A DNA stretch of 64,000 bases, from NCBI GenBank assembly GCA_964611895.1, contig CAZTDN010000008.1, positions 13,328 through 77,327 on the forward strand, in the 5' to 3' direction. The notes below the pieces were generated by a model. The model had not been told where the DNA came from. It saw only the letters and a list, made by a program, of their open reading frames with translations, and did no database searches. Below are positions 19,795-31,748 of this stretch, in pieces. The DNA is from an uncultured Pseudobdellovibrionaceae bacterium. Lineage in GTDB: Bacteria > Bdellovibrionota > FAC87 > UBA2466. The stretch's first letter is position 1; every line of letters starts with the position of its first letter. The position numbers and the translations under genes are program-made.

Positions 19795-20286
19795 TTAGCG
19801 AAAATACTTCGACCAGCCTTGCACATCGGTTCCTGGCATTATTCGTTGCGCCTGATCCAAAGTAGGGAGCACAAACTCCGCCTCCGCGGAAACTAACACC
19901 CCTCGGCCAGGGTACGAGATCTTGCCGGTCGCCGTGAACCCATTCTCTGTTTGCGTGACTAACTCGGCCTCGCACAGGTAGGTTTTCCCCGGTTCAACCC
20001 CCCGACGGTAGGACAGATTCAGTTTGCGAGTCATCGGCATTTTTTCCCAGTGGAATACGGCGATATACCCCATGGTTTCGTCCAAAACAGAGGAGACAAT
20101 CCCCCCATGCAAAAATCCTGGGTAAGACTGGTACGCTGTTGGCAGGGTGAAAAGGGTTTTGGCGCCATTGGCGGTCTGTTCAAACTCCAAGTGCAAACCT
20201 TGGGGGTTGTTTTCTGGGGGGGCGCACACAAAACATTTCACCCCTTGCAAACCAATCCGCCGTGAATGTTTAAAACTCTCCGACAT
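19795..20286 (-). CDS. PaaI/4HBT-family hotdog-fold thioesterase
   Basis: 163 aa. HGGIVSSVLDETMG motif typical of PaaI-type thioesterases. Confidence 0.7.
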   Translation of the reverse strand: MSESFKHSRRIGLQGVKCFVCAPPENNPQGLHLEFEQTANGAKTLFTLPTAYQSYPGFLHGGIVSSVLDETMGYIAVFHWEKMPMTRKLNLSYRRGVEPGKTYLCEAELVTQTENGFTATGKISYPGRGVLVSAEAEFVLPTLDQAQRIMPGTDVQGWSKYFR

Positions 20287-20360
20287 AGCGGGGTTTTAGC
20301 TCGCCTTCCGCTGAATTTCGATCTAATTTCCAAGGAGTTTTTTACTTTGAGGTGAATCCA

Positions 20361-20504
20361 ATGGCTCGAAAAACCGCGCGCAAGAAAGCAAAACGCAAAG
20401 CAAAAATACGTAGTGGCCGGCAGCAACAACGGCAAAACCCCCGAATCGCTGCTCGCCGCAAGGCAAAAAAACGCATGCGCAACCGCAAACATTCGGACAG
20501 TTAA
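20361..20504 (+). CDS. Candidate small hyper-basic protein (47 aa; MARKTARKKAKRKAKIRSGRQQQRQNPRIAARRKAKKRMRNRKHSDS)
   Basis: Below the ORF-track cutoff. Strong SD GAGGTGA 5 nt upstream of ATG 20361. About 55% Arg+Lys. Co-directional with lon and 30-40 nt upstream of it. Confidence 0.4.
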   Translation: MARKTARKKAKRKAKIRSGRQQQRQNPRIAARRKAKKRMRNRKHSDS

Positions 20505-20546
20505 GTTTGACCTTTCTCGGCTCCGGCACATACTTTGTATAAAGGT

Positions 20547-22937
20547 ATGGATACGCCTAGCAAAACCCTCTCTTTCGGTGAGTCGATCCCGGTTCTTCCG
20601 GTCCGGAACACGGTCCTTTTTCCTAATACAGCGTCCCCGCTTGTCGTAGGCCGCACTCGGAGTCTTGAAGCCGTTCGTCAGGCCCAGCGCTCCGGGGATC
20701 TCCTATTGGTGGTATCGCAGCGCGAGGGGGACAAGAACGAGCCTCAACCGGAGGACCTGTATACGGTAGGGGTGGTCTGCCAGATAAATAAAATAGTCCA
20801 AGCCCAACCTGGAAATTTCCAGCTGGTGGCCAATGGATTATTTCGTTTTCATATCCAAGAATTCACCCAGACAGACGGGTATCTGCGCGCTCGAGGTGAA
20901 CAATGGCCTGACTTGGCCCCACTCAATCCAGGCCGAGTCGATACCCTTGCCCTTGAAGTCAAAAAACTGGGCCTGAAAGTCGTTGGGATGATTGGCGCCC
21001 CTGGAACCGAAGCACTTAGCAAACTATTGAGTGAAGTGGATTCTTCAGAACGGGTGGCCGATATTTGTTGCTCGCTTCTCTCCCGATCTGTCGAGCACAA
21101 GCAGCTTTGGCTCGAAAATCGAGACCTGGAAAGCCGACTGAGCTCCTTGCTCGATGAGTTCGTCGCCGAAAAAGAACGCATCAGCCTTCAGAATGAAATC
21201 CAGGCCCGTGTCATGGCCCGCGCCACCAAAGATCAGCGCGACCATTACTTGCGAGAGCAGTTGCGCACTATCCATGAAGAACTTGGCGATAGTTCGAGCA
21301 AGGAAGACCTCCTTCAAAAAATTGAGGCCGCCGGAATGTCCGCCGAGGCCGCAAAAGTAGCCCGGGCCGAAGCGGATCGGCTGGCACAGGTTCCTCGATC
21401 GTCGCCTGAATACAATGTCATCCGAACCTATTTGGATTGGCTGCTGGCGTTGCCTTGGAAACCCCGGGCAACCCAGGACTTTAGCTTGAATCAGGCGAAG
21501 GCGACTTTGAATGCGGACCATTTTGGTTTGGACAAAGTTAAAAGCCGGATTGGCCAGTTTCTTGCGGTGCGTAAACTTCGCGCCGATCTGCGTGGCCCCA
21601 TTCTCTGCCTCGTCGGCCCCCCCGGAGTGGGCAAAACCAGTTTGGGGAAATCGATTGCAAAAGCCCTCGGGCGTGACTTTATCCGCACCAGTTTGGGCGG
21701 AGTGCGAGACGAGGCGGAAATTCGCGGTCACCGGCGCACCTATATTGGCGCCCTCCCCGGCCGAATTCTCCAGAGCCTAAAGCGCTGTGGTTCCAATGAT
21801 CCCGTCATGCTCCTGGATGAAATCGACAAGGTTGGGAGTGATTTTCGAGGAGATCCTGCATCGGCCCTGCTCGAAGTCCTAGACCCCGAGCAAAACAGCA
21901 CATTTATCGATCATTATTTGGATGTTCCCTTTGATCTGTCGCGGGTATTTTTTATCACCACAGCCAATACACTCGATACCATCCCCAGTGCTCTGCGCGA
22001 TCGCCTAGAGGTGATTGAAATCCACGGCTATTCCCAACTGGAAAAAATGGAAATCGCGGTCAAGCACCTCATCCCCAAACTGTTAGAAGACCACGGCATG
22101 ACCACCGAAAAAGTGGTGATTCCCCGCGCCACGATCGACCGGGTGATCCAGGATTACACGCGGGAATCCGGAGTGAGAAATCTCTCCCGCCAGCTGGCCC
22201 AAGTGCTACGCTACGCAGCCGAAGAGTTGGCGTCAGATACTCCGCCCGTACAAGTCCAGTGTCTTCCGTCCATGTTAGAAACGATGCTTGGTCCCAAGAA
22301 GTTTCATGCGGACGAGCTGGACGAGGTTGCCCGCCCTGGCGTCGTTACCGGTCTTGCTTGGACACCCGTTGGTGGAGAGATTTTGCACGTCGAAGTCGGC
22401 CAGATGGAAGGCAAGGGAAGCCTGATCCTCACCGGCCAGCTTGGCGATGTGATGAAAGAGTCTGCGCAAATTGCGTTGAGCCTCTTGCGATCGCATTGGA
22501 GTGATCAACCCTGGCGGTGGGAAAAGACCGACTTGCATATCCACTTTCCTGCGGGCGCGATCCCCAAAGATGGCCCTTCCGCGGGGGCAGCGTTGTATCT
22601 AGCGCTCGCTTCACTGATGCAATCGCGCGCGGTGGATTCGCGCATTGCGGTCACCGGCGAAATCACTCTCCGGGGCCAGGTCTTGCCGGTGGGGGGTATC
22701 AAGGAAAAAGTTCTCGCGGCGCATCGTGCTGGAGTCAAAACGATCATACTCCCCCGCCACAATCAGGGAGACTTAAAGGAGATACCGACCGAAGTCCGCA
22801 CTCAGATCCGATTTTACTTTGTAAGAGAAGTCCGAGAAGTGTTGGCGATAGCCGGGCTGGCAAAAAGCGAAATCCAAGCTTTGCCTTCGCCAGAATATCA
22901 CCCTGGGGTTCAGACGGAATTTACCCTGACGAATTAA
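20547..22937 (+). CDS. lon: ATP-dependent Lon protease
   Basis: Lon N-terminal substrate domain, AAA+ Walker A GPPGVGKTS, Walker B, protease domain with catalytic DGPSAG...K dyad. ORF opens at a TTG (20535); first ATG at 20547. Confidence 0.95.
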   Translation: MDTPSKTLSFGESIPVLPVRNTVLFPNTASPLVVGRTRSLEAVRQAQRSGDLLLVVSQREGDKNEPQPEDLYTVGVVCQINKIVQAQPGNFQLVANGLFRFHIQEFTQTDGYLRARGEQWPDLAPLNPGRVDTLALEVKKLGLKVVGMIGAPGTEALSKLLSEVDSSERVADICCSLLSRSVEHKQLWLENRDLESRLSSLLDEFVAEKERISLQNEIQARVMARATKDQRDHYLREQLRTIHEELGDSSSKEDLLQKIEAAGMSAEAAKVARAEADRLAQVPRSSPEYNVIRTYLDWLLALPWKPRATQDFSLNQAKATLNADHFGLDKVKSRIGQFLAVRKLRADLRGPILCLVGPPGVGKTSLGKSIAKALGRDFIRTSLGGVRDEAEIRGHRRTYIGALPGRILQSLKRCGSNDPVMLLDEIDKVGSDFRGDPASALLEVLDPEQNSTFIDHYLDVPFDLSRVFFITTANTLDTIPSALRDRLEVIEIHGYSQLEKMEIAVKHLIPKLLEDHGMTTEKVVIPRATIDRVIQDYTRESGVRNLSRQLAQVLRYAAEELASDTPPVQVQCLPSMLETMLGPKKFHADELDEVARPGVVTGLAWTPVGGEILHVEVGQMEGKGSLILTGQLGDVMKESAQIALSLLRSHWSDQPWRWEKTDLHIHFPAGAIPKDGPSAGAALYLALASLMQSRAVDSRIAVTGEITLRGQVLPVGGIKEKVLAAHRAGVKTIILPRHNQGDLKEIPTEVRTQIRFYFVREVREVLAIAGLAKSEIQALPSPEYHPGVQTEFTLTN

Positions 22938-24058
22938 CTTCGCAATCGAGCAATCCGACGCCAAGGCGCGGGGTGGGAAAAAAATAGAAACTCTCTAATA
23001 GCGCTCGGAATAAAGTAAGACCGGTTCTGAAAAGTCAGCGCTTCCAATGCATCCGCGAGGGGTAACCCCATCTTGAGCTCTTCAGCGGCAAATCTATCGG
23101 CGAGTTTTTCTCGCCAACGCGAATAAGCTTTTTCGATAATCCCAATGGGAACCCCCACCAATGTAACAGTGACGAAATAGAGGAACAACCCGAACGGGGT
23201 CGCTCCCCAAGTAAACCAGCTCGGCCAAATCCACGACTGGCAAATCCAATGGGCCACCCCAAAACTCAAAAACAAAGAGCACGAGGAAAAAAACAGGCCT
23301 TTCCAGATGTCCTGATGCACCATATGCCCCAGTTCATGGGCAAATACAGCGAGCACTTGATCCGCCGGGTACTTGCCGTAGATAGTGTCCCCGAGTGCAA
23401 TGCGTTTTGTCTTTCCTAGTCCCATAAAAGCGGCATTACCCTTTTCGGTTTTATCGCCCAATCCTAGTAAAAAGATTTCTTTGACCGACACCCCAAACTG
23501 CGCGCTGATGGCCAACAAGCGTGTTCTTAGCTCCCCTTCGGGGAGTGGCTTCATTTTAAAAAACAGAGGCAACAAAAGCACCGGTGCCAGCTGAGCCAAA
23601 ACGACCGAAAAGAGGATAAAAAAAACGCTGAGTGCGACCCACCAATACCCTCCCAGCTGAGCCAAAGCCCACCAGATGAAAAGCAGCACTATCAGCCCCA
23701 AAGCCGCTCCGACGATTGCTGCTTTGGCATAGTCTCCCAGCCAGCTCGCAATCGACTGGCGCGAAACACCAAAATAGCGCTCTATTGCGTAGTGAGTGGC
23801 CAAAAACGGAAAGCTAACAACGGCCCATAGGACTGCCAAAGTTCCAAAATACCAACAGTAGAGGGAAAAACCCGCAGCGCCCCGAGCGGCTAGCGCTGCT
23901 TCGAGTCCCATGAGCTGGTGCGACTGGATAAGACGCCAGACCAGGACCACTCCAAGCAAAGTTTTGAGCGACCCGACAAGTCGTAGAGTTTGAACGTAGG
24001 GACGGACCTTGCGGTCGTGGTTCGTCCACTCAGCAGGAATCACTACTTTAGAACGCAC
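22934..24058 (-). CDS. M48-family zinc metallopeptidase (Ste24/HtpX-like), polytopic membrane
   Basis: 374 aa. HEXXH motif HELGHMVHQD plus downstream Glu; multiple TM helices. Confidence 0.75.
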   Translation of the reverse strand: MRSKVVIPAEWTNHDRKVRPYVQTLRLVGSLKTLLGVVLVWRLIQSHQLMGLEAALAARGAAGFSLYCWYFGTLAVLWAVVSFPFLATHYAIERYFGVSRQSIASWLGDYAKAAIVGAALGLIVLLFIWWALAQLGGYWWVALSVFFILFSVVLAQLAPVLLLPLFFKMKPLPEGELRTRLLAISAQFGVSVKEIFLLGLGDKTEKGNAAFMGLGKTKRIALGDTIYGKYPADQVLAVFAHELGHMVHQDIWKGLFFSSCSLFLSFGVAHWICQSWIWPSWFTWGATPFGLFLYFVTVTLVGVPIGIIEKAYSRWREKLADRFAAEELKMGLPLADALEALTFQNRSYFIPSAIREFLFFSHPAPWRRIARLRS

Positions 24059-24061
24059 GGC

Positions 24062-26332
24062 TCAGGTTTTGGACAAAAGGTTGAGAGCCGAGCCCGCCTT
24101 GAACCAGCCAATTTGATCCGCAGTCATCGAATGATTGAGCTTTACCCTGTCTTCTTTGCCATCCGTGTGCGTAAAGACCGCTTCGACTGGCGTCTTGGGG
24201 GCGAGCTTCGATAATCCCAACAGAGAAATTTTATCCCCATCTTTGACTTTTTCGTAATCTGCCGCCGACTGAAAAGTCAGTGGAATCACGCCTTGTTTTT
24301 TCAAATTGGTCTCGTGGATCCGTGCAAAACTTTTGGCAATCACGGCAGCCGCTCCCAAATAACGAGGAGACATTGCGGCATGTTCTCGGCTACTGCCTTC
24401 GCCGTAGTTTTCATCACCCACGACTACCCAGCGCATGCCCTTGGCTTTGTAATCCCGAGCTACAGCTGGGATAGAAACACCTTTTTCCCCAGTGATTTGA
24501 TTGGTGGTTTTTCCGGCTTCTCCAGAAAAGGCGTTGATCGCCCCAGTGAACATATTGTCGCTGATGTTGTTCAAGTGCCCACGAAACTTCAACCATGGGC
24601 CTGCAGGGGAAATATGATCAGTAGTGCATTTTCCCTTGGCTTTGAAGAGAAGTGGCACTTGCACAAAGTCTTTGCCATCCCAAGCATCAAAAGCTGCGAG
24701 AAGCTGCAATCGTTTGCTATCGGGAGAAACACGCACTTGAACCTTGGACCCATCCGTAGGCGGAGCTACATACCCACCTTTGGCGACCACAAACCCACGT
24801 GGCGGTAGATCCGCGGCTTTCTTGGGGGCTTGGAGTTTGAATTTCTTCCCGTCTTTGCCGGTAAGCTCGTCCCGGAGAGGATTGAAACTGAGTTTTCCTC
24901 CCAGTGCCACGCCAATCACGGTCTCGGGGCTTCCGATAAACGAAAGTGTTTCCGGATTACCATCATTTCGAGCAGGAAAATTCCGGTTAAAAGAACTTAA
25001 GATGGAATTGGTCTGTCCGGATTTAATGTCACTGCGTTTCCACTGCCCAATGCAAGGCCCGCATGCATTAGCCAGAACACTTGCACCGATTTTTTCAAGT
25101 GAAGCGAGCTGACCATCCCTTTGGATAGTCTGAAAAATTTGATCCGATCCCGGAGTTACCAGGAAAGGGACTGGAATTTTCACTCCGTGAGCCGCTGCTT
25201 GTTCAGCAAGATCGGCTGCTCGCGAAATATCTTCGTAGGACGAATTTGTGCAACTGCCGATCAATGCGGCCGAAAGCGTGTCGGGCCAATTATTCTTGGC
25301 AACATCGGCAGCTAGTTGCGACACATTCCGAAAGACATCGGGCGAATGGGGGCCAACTACTTGCGGCTCCAAAGTGGACAAGTCGATTTCAATCACTTGA
25401 TCGAAAAACTTCTCTGGGTTTTTTTCGACTTCTTCATCTGCAACCAGGAGATCGCCAAACTTTTTTGCTAGGTCCGCTATCCCTGAACGGTCGGTCGCTC
25501 TGAGATACGATTCCATTGCCGCATCGTAAGGAAATACCGAAGTCGTCGCGCCAAGCTCCGCCCCCATATTGGTGATCGTGGCTTTGCCAGTGCAACTAAT
25601 AGAACGCACTCCCGGACCAAAGTACTCGATAATACGATTCGTGCCACCCTTCACAGTCAGGATTCCGCACAGCTTGCAAATGACGTCTTTCGGTGAAGTC
25701 CAACCGCTCATAGTCCCAGTGAGCTTCACCCCTATGAGTTTGGGATACTTTACTTCCCAAGGCAGGCCTGCCATGACATCCACCGCATCGGCTCCACCCA
25801 CGCCGATGGCAAGCATTCCAAGCCCCCCACCATTAGGAGTGTGGGAATCTGTACCGATAATCATCCCGCCTGGAAAAGCATAATTTTCCAAAACGACTTG
25901 GTGAATAATTCCAGCACCTGCCTGCCAAAAACCAATCCCTGCTTTGGCGCAAGCATCGCGCAAGAAATCATAAACTTCGCGGTTCTCGTCTAACGCCGTT
26001 TTCATGTCAGGTGAGGCACCCGATTGGGCGCGGATCAAGTGATCGCAGTGCACTGTGGTGGGAACCGCGGTTTGTTTTCGGCCCGCGCTTAAGTACTGAA
26101 GCAAGGCCATTTGCGCCGTGGCATCTTGCATTGCAACACGATCAGGATGTAATGCCAGAATGCTCTCGCCAGGATTGAGTTCCTGATTTTCGGGACTATC
26201 TAAGTGCGAAAAGAGGATTTTTTCTGCAAGTGTAAATTTTCGATTGAGACGTTTCGAAGCCCGACTCAAGCGATCGCGCATCTTGGTGTAAACAGTGGAG
26301 ACCCATTCAGTGGTAGTTTCGATATTTTGCAT
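24062..26332 (-). CDS. acn: Aconitate hydratase (aconitase)
   Basis: 756 aa. Fe-S ligand motifs ([16 protein letters not shown]), aconitase swivel domain. Confidence 0.9.
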   Translation of the reverse strand: MQNIETTTEWVSTVYTKMRDRLSRASKRLNRKFTLAEKILFSHLDSPENQELNPGESILALHPDRVAMQDATAQMALLQYLSAGRKQTAVPTTVHCDHLIRAQSGASPDMKTALDENREVYDFLRDACAKAGIGFWQAGAGIIHQVVLENYAFPGGMIIGTDSHTPNGGGLGMLAIGVGGADAVDVMAGLPWEVKYPKLIGVKLTGTMSGWTSPKDVICKLCGILTVKGGTNRIIEYFGPGVRSISCTGKATITNMGAELGATTSVFPYDAAMESYLRATDRSGIADLAKKFGDLLVADEEVEKNPEKFFDQVIEIDLSTLEPQVVGPHSPDVFRNVSQLAADVAKNNWPDTLSAALIGSCTNSSYEDISRAADLAEQAAAHGVKIPVPFLVTPGSDQIFQTIQRDGQLASLEKIGASVLANACGPCIGQWKRSDIKSGQTNSILSSFNRNFPARNDGNPETLSFIGSPETVIGVALGGKLSFNPLRDELTGKDGKKFKLQAPKKAADLPPRGFVVAKGGYVAPPTDGSKVQVRVSPDSKRLQLLAAFDAWDGKDFVQVPLLFKAKGKCTTDHISPAGPWLKFRGHLNNISDNMFTGAINAFSGEAGKTTNQITGEKGVSIPAVARDYKAKGMRWVVVGDENYGEGSSREHAAMSPRYLGAAAVIAKSFARIHETNLKKQGVIPLTFQSAADYEKVKDGDKISLLGLSKLAPKTPVEAVFTHTDGKEDRVKLNHSMTADQIGWFKAGSALNLLSKT

Positions 26333-26348
26333 CTCAACATTATAGCGC

Positions 26349-27965
26349 TTAATCTGAGGAATTGTCAGCTAGTGGGGAAAAAACTCCTCGCCACCTTTGG
26401 CTCAGTTCCAAAAGCGACTGGAGACAGGAGCGCTGCTGCAGGAACGTCGCCTGTACCAGCGCATGGGAGCGATCCCTAAAAGTCGGGTCCCCGAGTTTTT
26501 CCCGAACGAGACGAAATAGATTTTGCGTCGCTTGACCCGAAGGGCGTTCGGATAAGACACGGGAGGCAATTTCCGTAATCAGTTGGTGCGCGGCTGTCCC
26601 CGCATCAAACCGGGCGAAACGCGAAACGATAGTACCCGAAGGATCTAGGCGCATGATTTCTTGCAGCGCCTGCTCCAGTTCCTTTTCCTCACCTTGAATC
26701 CGTGTTCGCAAAGTCTGGGCTTTTGCAGGTTTCCAAAACACCGGAAACAGACGTCGAATTCCGATTGCCCCAAGTACCGCCATAGGCACCGCTCGCCATT
26801 GAACAACGCTTTGCGGCACAAAGACTTTAGCGGCCTCGTTAAACCCCCAGATGCCCAGGGCAAGAATCCCCAACCGTAAGCCCGCACGCATAGCCTGACG
26901 AGAATAGGACTTCCATTCCATTTGTCGGCGAGTGTCAAACGCCACTTGCACCACTTCGGCCAAACGAGCTCGGTCTGTACTCCCCTTGCGTTTTGAAAGG
27001 CCCTGAACGATCCGGTTCGCCCTTGCCCCGTTTCCCGATTCCAAGGCTTGAAGGAAGAGTTCAAACAGCTGGTCATCGACCTCAGACGCCTCATTGACTA
27101 GGAGCGCGTTGAGCGCGGCATCAGAGACGACATCGGCGTAGCGGACATGGGTAGGTGGCCTATCACTCGCAGCCGACGCGACAACCCGTGCGGAAATTTG
27201 AGGGAGGTACTTTTGGAACTCCTCCCAGGACGCAGTCAATTCTTGATACGCTGTGCGGGCCGCAAGTTTTCGGTACGGGTCTATCCACCTAAAATACTCC
27301 CACAACAACCAATAACTGCCCGCATTTAGTCCCCAAAGCCCGCCCAAATAAGCAATGAACTCCCGGGGGGTCATTGATTCAATCGCTAGGAGATCGTAAA
27401 AGGCCAACGTAAAACCAACACTCGCCGAGAGAACAATCGTCGAGTGGAGACCATACAGCCAGGCCTCCGCTCTCCCCGCATGGCGGAGTAATTTTTGCTG
27501 CGCCTCCAGGGTTTCATCGGTGGCCTGTTCTAATGAAGCAAAGAGCTCTCTTCCCGCGGCATAATGACGTTCGGATGCCGAAGCCAACTCGAGAACGAAA
27601 CGATCAAACCCCAATCGCGTTAGACAGACCTGCAATGGGCTGGGCTGCTCCTCTTGAGTCAGCCGGTCAAAAAGGCCTCCGAGATCCTGACGAAAAGTAT
27701 CCAAACGCAGAAGGCCGGCACCATAGGCGTAGTGGCCGAACTCATTTAAGATAGTGGGCTGCGAAATTTCCTCCACCGCGAGTTTCATTTCATGCCATTG
27801 CACCGAAGCCTCATCGGGTGGGACTGCGCAAAAATCGCATACGGAATGCACGACCTCCGTAACACGAAGTGCAGCGGCAGACTCAATAGTTCCCCAAGCC
27901 GGCAGACCGCAAAGCACGCCCACCAGGGAAAAAACCAAATTTAGCTTTAAAAACATCGCACTCAA
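26349..27965 (-). CDS. Hypothetical secreted/membrane-associated protein (538 aa)
   Basis: N-terminal signal-peptide-like segment; two to three hydrophobic helices in the C-terminal third; no known motif recognised. Confidence 0.5.
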   Translation of the reverse strand: MSAMFLKLNLVFSLVGVLCGLPAWGTIESAAALRVTEVVHSVCDFCAVPPDEASVQWHEMKLAVEEISQPTILNEFGHYAYGAGLLRLDTFRQDLGGLFDRLTQEEQPSPLQVCLTRLGFDRFVLELASASERHYAAGRELFASLEQATDETLEAQQKLLRHAGRAEAWLYGLHSTIVLSASVGFTLAFYDLLAIESMTPREFIAYLGGLWGLNAGSYWLLWEYFRWIDPYRKLAARTAYQELTASWEEFQKYLPQISARVVASAASDRPPTHVRYADVVSDAALNALLVNEASEVDDQLFELFLQALESGNGARANRIVQGLSKRKGSTDRARLAEVVQVAFDTRRQMEWKSYSRQAMRAGLRLGILALGIWGFNEAAKVFVPQSVVQWRAVPMAVLGAIGIRRLFPVFWKPAKAQTLRTRIQGEEKELEQALQEIMRLDPSGTIVSRFARFDAGTAAHQLITEIASRVLSERPSGQATQNLFRLVREKLGDPTFRDRSHALVQATFLQQRSCLQSLLELSQRWRGVFSPLADNSSD

Positions 27966-28030
27966 CTACTTTTCAGTTGGATGCAGGTCAAGCTCCGACT
28001 ATTCTTGTGCAAACACCAAGGGGCAGCACC

Positions 28031-28699
28031 ATGGAGAAATTCAAAGCTTGGATCTGTTCTTCTATCGGGAAGAAGCAAATTGTCGGTTTAACGGGCTTGG
28101 GGATCGGACTTTTTACGATTTCCCATATGGCCTCAAACCTGCTCATTCCGTTCAGTGCGCGCGCGTATAACTTTTACAGCTACAACCTGATCTCCAACCC
28201 ACTTTTGCCCTTGATTGAATTGATTCTGTTGACGGCTTTCCTCGTCCACATCTTTTTTGCGTCTCAGCTTTGGCTGAGCAACCGCGCCGCCCGGCCCCAA
28301 GCAAATGCCAGCCACGGAAGCGGTGCAAAGCGGGCGACCTTTGCCTCTCGCTCCATGATCCTTTCGGGATTGCTCCTGCTGACTTTCCTAGTTCTGCACT
28401 TAATCACCTTTAAGTATGGGGCGCATTACACGATCGTGTACGACGGCATTGAGATGCGGGATCTCCACACTCTTGTGATCGAAAAGTTTCAGGACCCTCT
28501 TTATACCGCATGGTACCTCTTTAGCTTAGCCGTACTAGGGCTTCACCTGAGCCACGGAGTTTCTTCTCTTTTTCAATCGCTGGGAATCTTCAGTGCCCGT
28601 GAGCCGTGGCTCCGACAAATGAGCTGGGCCGTGGCTATAGTAGTCGCGGGAGGATTTTCTGTGACTCCTTTTTGGGTCCTTTGCTGTGGGGGTAAATAG
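28031..28699 (+). CDS. sdhC: Succinate dehydrogenase / fumarate reductase cytochrome b558 subunit (B. subtilis-type, 5 TM)
   Basis: AAGGGG SD 7 nt upstream of ATG 28031. Five TM helices with conserved His residues. Immediately followed by sdhA and sdhB. Confidence 0.75.
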   Translation: MEKFKAWICSSIGKKQIVGLTGLGIGLFTISHMASNLLIPFSARAYNFYSYNLISNPLLPLIELILLTAFLVHIFFASQLWLSNRAARPQANASHGSGAKRATFASRSMILSGLLLLTFLVLHLITFKYGAHYTIVYDGIEMRDLHTLVIEKFQDPLYTAWYLFSLAVLGLHLSHGVSSLFQSLGIFSAREPWLRQMSWAVAIVVAGGFSVTPFWVLCCGGK

Positions 28700-28701
28700 A
28701 C

Positions 28702-30636
28702 ATGGCTAATGAAACGCCGTCCGGTAAATTGAATTCCCGCCTTCCTACAGGCGATCTCGCCACGGCTTGGACTCGTACCAAGTTTGAAAACAAGCTAGTC
28801 GCCCCTGCTAATAGAAAGAAAAACACGGTCATCGTCGTAGGCACTGGCTTAGCCGGGGCTTCTGCCGCGGCTACACTTGCCGAGCAGGGCTACAAAGTAA
28901 AAGTCTTCACTTACCATGACAGCCCCCGCCGCGCGCACTCGATCGCGGCACAGGGTGGGATCAACTCGGCTAAGAATTATCAAAACGACGGCGATTCCGT
29001 TTACCGACTCTTTTACGACACGATCAAAGGCGGAGATTTCCGAGCCCGAGAGGCCAACGTGTACCGACTGGCCGAAGTTTCTCGGGATATCATCGATCAA
29101 TGCGCCGCCCAGGGCGTCCCTTTTGCTCGCGAGTACGGTGGAACCTTAGCCAACCGTTCCTTTGGTGGAGCCCAAGTTTCCCGGACTTTTTATGCTCGAG
29201 GACAGACAGGGCAACAGCTTTTATTAGGCGCTTATCAAGCTTTGATGCGCCAATATGGGCTTAAACGCTTACAGCTTTTCGCCCGTGAGGAGATGGTCGA
29301 CCTCGTTGTTGTCGATGGAAAAGCGCGGGGAATTGTTTCACGCTGCCTAAAAACCGGGAAAATCACTACTCACTCCGCCGAAGCGGTGGTTTTGGCGACG
29401 GGTGGCTACGGCAATATTTTCTACTTGTCGACAAACGCCAAAAAGTCCAACGCTACGGCTGCTTGGCGCGCCTACAAGCGTGGGGCTTACATGGCTAACC
29501 CCTGCTTCACACAGATCCATCCGACCTGCATTCCGGTGTCGGGAGATCATCAGTCGAAGCTTACTCTCATGTCGGAATCTTTGCGCAACGATGGTCGGGT
29601 CTGGGTCCCCAAAGCCAAGGGCGATAAACGCCCACCTGGAGACATCCCCGTCGCCGAACGTGATTACTACTTAGAGCGCATGTATCCCAGCTTTGGAAAC
29701 CTGGCCCCTCGAGACATCGCTTCTCGTGCAGCCAAACGCGTTTGCGACGAAGGGCGCGGCGTCGGTCCAAGTGGCCTGTCTGTCTACTTGGACTTCGCCG
29801 ATGCTATTGCAGCTCAGGGACGAGAAACCATCGAGACCAAGTACGGCAATTTGTTTGCCATGTACCACAAGATTACTGATGAGGATCCTTATAAAGTCCC
29901 TATGCGCATTTACCCGGCTGTGCATTACGTTATGGGCGGTCTTTGGGTGGATTACCAACTGATGAGCACCATCCCGGGGCTTTTTGTGCTGGGGGAAGCC
30001 AACTTCTCAGATCATGGTGCAAATCGATTGGGCGCCTCAGCTCTGATGCAAGGGCTGGCTGATGGGTATTTCGTTGCTCCTTACACAATTGGGAACTACC
30101 TCGCTTCCAACAAGCTACCTCCCGTTCAAACCTCGCACGAAGCTTTTGCCGCCGCAGTTAACGAAGTCACAGAACGAGTACGTAAACTCACCCAAAACAA
30201 GAGCGGCACCTCCGCACTGGAGCTGCACCGAGAATTGGGCAAGATACTGTGGGATTATTGCGGAATGGCTCGTAACGATGCCGGGTTAAAGCAGGCCATC
30301 GTCAAGATCCAAGCCCTGAGAGAAAAATTTTGGAAAGAAGTTTTTGTTCCCGGCGACAGCACGAACATGAATTCCGAGCTTGAGACAGCTGGCCGCGTAG
30401 CAGATTTCATGGAACTCGCGGAACTAATGTGTCGGGATGCACTAGAGCGCCAAGAGTCTTGTGGAGGCCACTTCCGCGAAGAATACCAAACGGATGAAGG
30501 TGAAGCCAAACGAGACGACACGAACTTCTGTTACGTCGCCGCTTGGGAGTATCAGGGCGAAGGGAAACCAGCCGTCAAGCACAAGGAGCCGTTGAAGTTC
30601 GACAACGTGCACCTGGCGGAACGAAACTACAAATAA
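28702..30636 (+). CDS. sdhA: Succinate dehydrogenase flavoprotein subunit
   Basis: 644 aa. FAD-binding [12 protein letters not shown], covalent-FAD His in [11 protein letters not shown], catalytic HPT and R residues. Confidence 0.95.
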   Translation: MANETPSGKLNSRLPTGDLATAWTRTKFENKLVAPANRKKNTVIVVGTGLAGASAAATLAEQGYKVKVFTYHDSPRRAHSIAAQGGINSAKNYQNDGDSVYRLFYDTIKGGDFRAREANVYRLAEVSRDIIDQCAAQGVPFAREYGGTLANRSFGGAQVSRTFYARGQTGQQLLLGAYQALMRQYGLKRLQLFAREEMVDLVVVDGKARGIVSRCLKTGKITTHSAEAVVLATGGYGNIFYLSTNAKKSNATAAWRAYKRGAYMANPCFTQIHPTCIPVSGDHQSKLTLMSESLRNDGRVWVPKAKGDKRPPGDIPVAERDYYLERMYPSFGNLAPRDIASRAAKRVCDEGRGVGPSGLSVYLDFADAIAAQGRETIETKYGNLFAMYHKITDEDPYKVPMRIYPAVHYVMGGLWVDYQLMSTIPGLFVLGEANFSDHGANRLGASALMQGLADGYFVAPYTIGNYLASNKLPPVQTSHEAFAAAVNEVTERVRKLTQNKSGTSALELHRELGKILWDYCGMARNDAGLKQAIVKIQALREKFWKEVFVPGDSTNMNSELETAGRVADFMELAELMCRDALERQESCGGHFREEYQTDEGEAKRDDTNFCYVAAWEYQGEGKPAVKHKEPLKFDNVHLAERNYK

Positions 30637-30646
30637 GGAGCTGCCC

Positions 30647-31396
30647 TTGAAATTCCAACTCAAGATCTGGCGACAAAACGATCCCAAGAGCCCAGGAAAA
30701 TTCGTCGACTATTCTATTGATGGTATTTCTCCGGACATGTCTTTTTTAGAAATGATGGACATGCTCAATGTGGGCCTCGTCCGAAAGGGAGAGCCCGCAG
30801 TAGAGTTCGAGCATGACTGCCGCGAAGGCATTTGTGGTTCATGTTCCATGACCATCAACGGCAATCCTCACGGCCCAGACACTGGCACCGCGACGTGCCA
30901 ACTGCACATGCGTCGATTTCGAGATGGGCAAAGTTTGGTAATTGAGCCTTGGAGAGCACGTGCGTTTCCGGTGGTGCGCGACCTGGTAACCGATCGCAGC
31001 GGCCTGGATCGCATTATTTCTGCTGGGGGCTTTGTCTCGGTTAACACCGGCAATGCGGTAGATGCCAATTGCCACTTGATCGGGGAGGAAACCGCCGAAG
31101 CTTCCATGGATGCTGCGGCCTGCATTGGTTGCGGAGCCTGTGTCGCAGCCTGCAAAAACTCCTCGGCCATGCTCTTTACCTCAGCCAAAATCAACCAGCT
31201 AGGGCTCTTGCCTCAGGGAGCACCAGAACGATCCCGCCGGACCAAGGCTATGGTAGCGCAAATGGACAAAGAGGGTTTTGGTTCCTGCTCTAATACGGGT
31301 GCTTGCGAGGCTGCTTGCCCTAAAGAGATCAAAATCACCAATATTGCAAAACTAAGCCGCGAATTGCTTCGAGCGTATTTCTGCTCAACACCGTAA
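30647..31396 (+). CDS. sdhB: Succinate dehydrogenase iron-sulfur subunit
   Basis: 249 aa. 2Fe-2[10 protein letters not shown], 4Fe-4[12 protein letters not shown], 3Fe-4[13 protein letters not shown] motifs. Confidence 0.9.
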   Translation: MKFQLKIWRQNDPKSPGKFVDYSIDGISPDMSFLEMMDMLNVGLVRKGEPAVEFEHDCREGICGSCSMTINGNPHGPDTGTATCQLHMRRFRDGQSLVIEPWRARAFPVVRDLVTDRSGLDRIISAGGFVSVNTGNAVDANCHLIGEETAEASMDAAACIGCGACVAACKNSSAMLFTSAKINQLGLLPQGAPERSRRTKAMVAQMDKEGFGSCSNTGACEAACPKEIKITNIAKLSRELLRAYFCSTP

Positions 31397-31399
31397 CGG

Positions 31400-31648
31400 C
31401 TATTCAATAATTTCTAGGACAGAGCGTTTGCGATGCTTGGTGGAGCATGCAGTGAGGATGGTCCGAAGCGCCATTGCGGTCTTGCCTTGCTTGCCGATGA
31501 CTTTACCCAAGTCTTCTTTTGCAACCACCAATTCGAAAACAGTGGTTTGCTCGCCGACGATCTCAGAGACTTGAACTTCATCGGGAACATCCACCAGGGC
31601 GCGGACCATGCATTCGAGGAGTTCTTTTAGCGTAGGTTCTTTAGCCAT
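31400..31648 (-). CDS. KH-domain RNA-binding protein (KhpA/YlqC, UPF0109-like)
   Basis: [29 protein letters not shown]...[16 protein letters not shown] contains the GxxG KH signature (GKQGKT). About 82 aa from the internal Met. Confidence 0.65.
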   Translation of the reverse strand: MAKEPTLKELLECMVRALVDVPDEVQVSEIVGEQTTVFELVVAKEDLGKVIGKQGKTAMALRTILTACSTKHRKRSVLEIIE

Positions 31649-31748
31649 CGGACGCCCCCAAAAAGCAGATTTTCCCTTTTGATATCTATAGGTTGCCATA
31701 GCGCCTAACGGGGTTCAATAGAATTCTCTAAATGACCGAAAAGGGGCT

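Noticed and set aside
21045-21731. 228-aa minus-strand ORF
   Set aside because: Antisense to the centre of the strongly supported lon gene. No independent signals.
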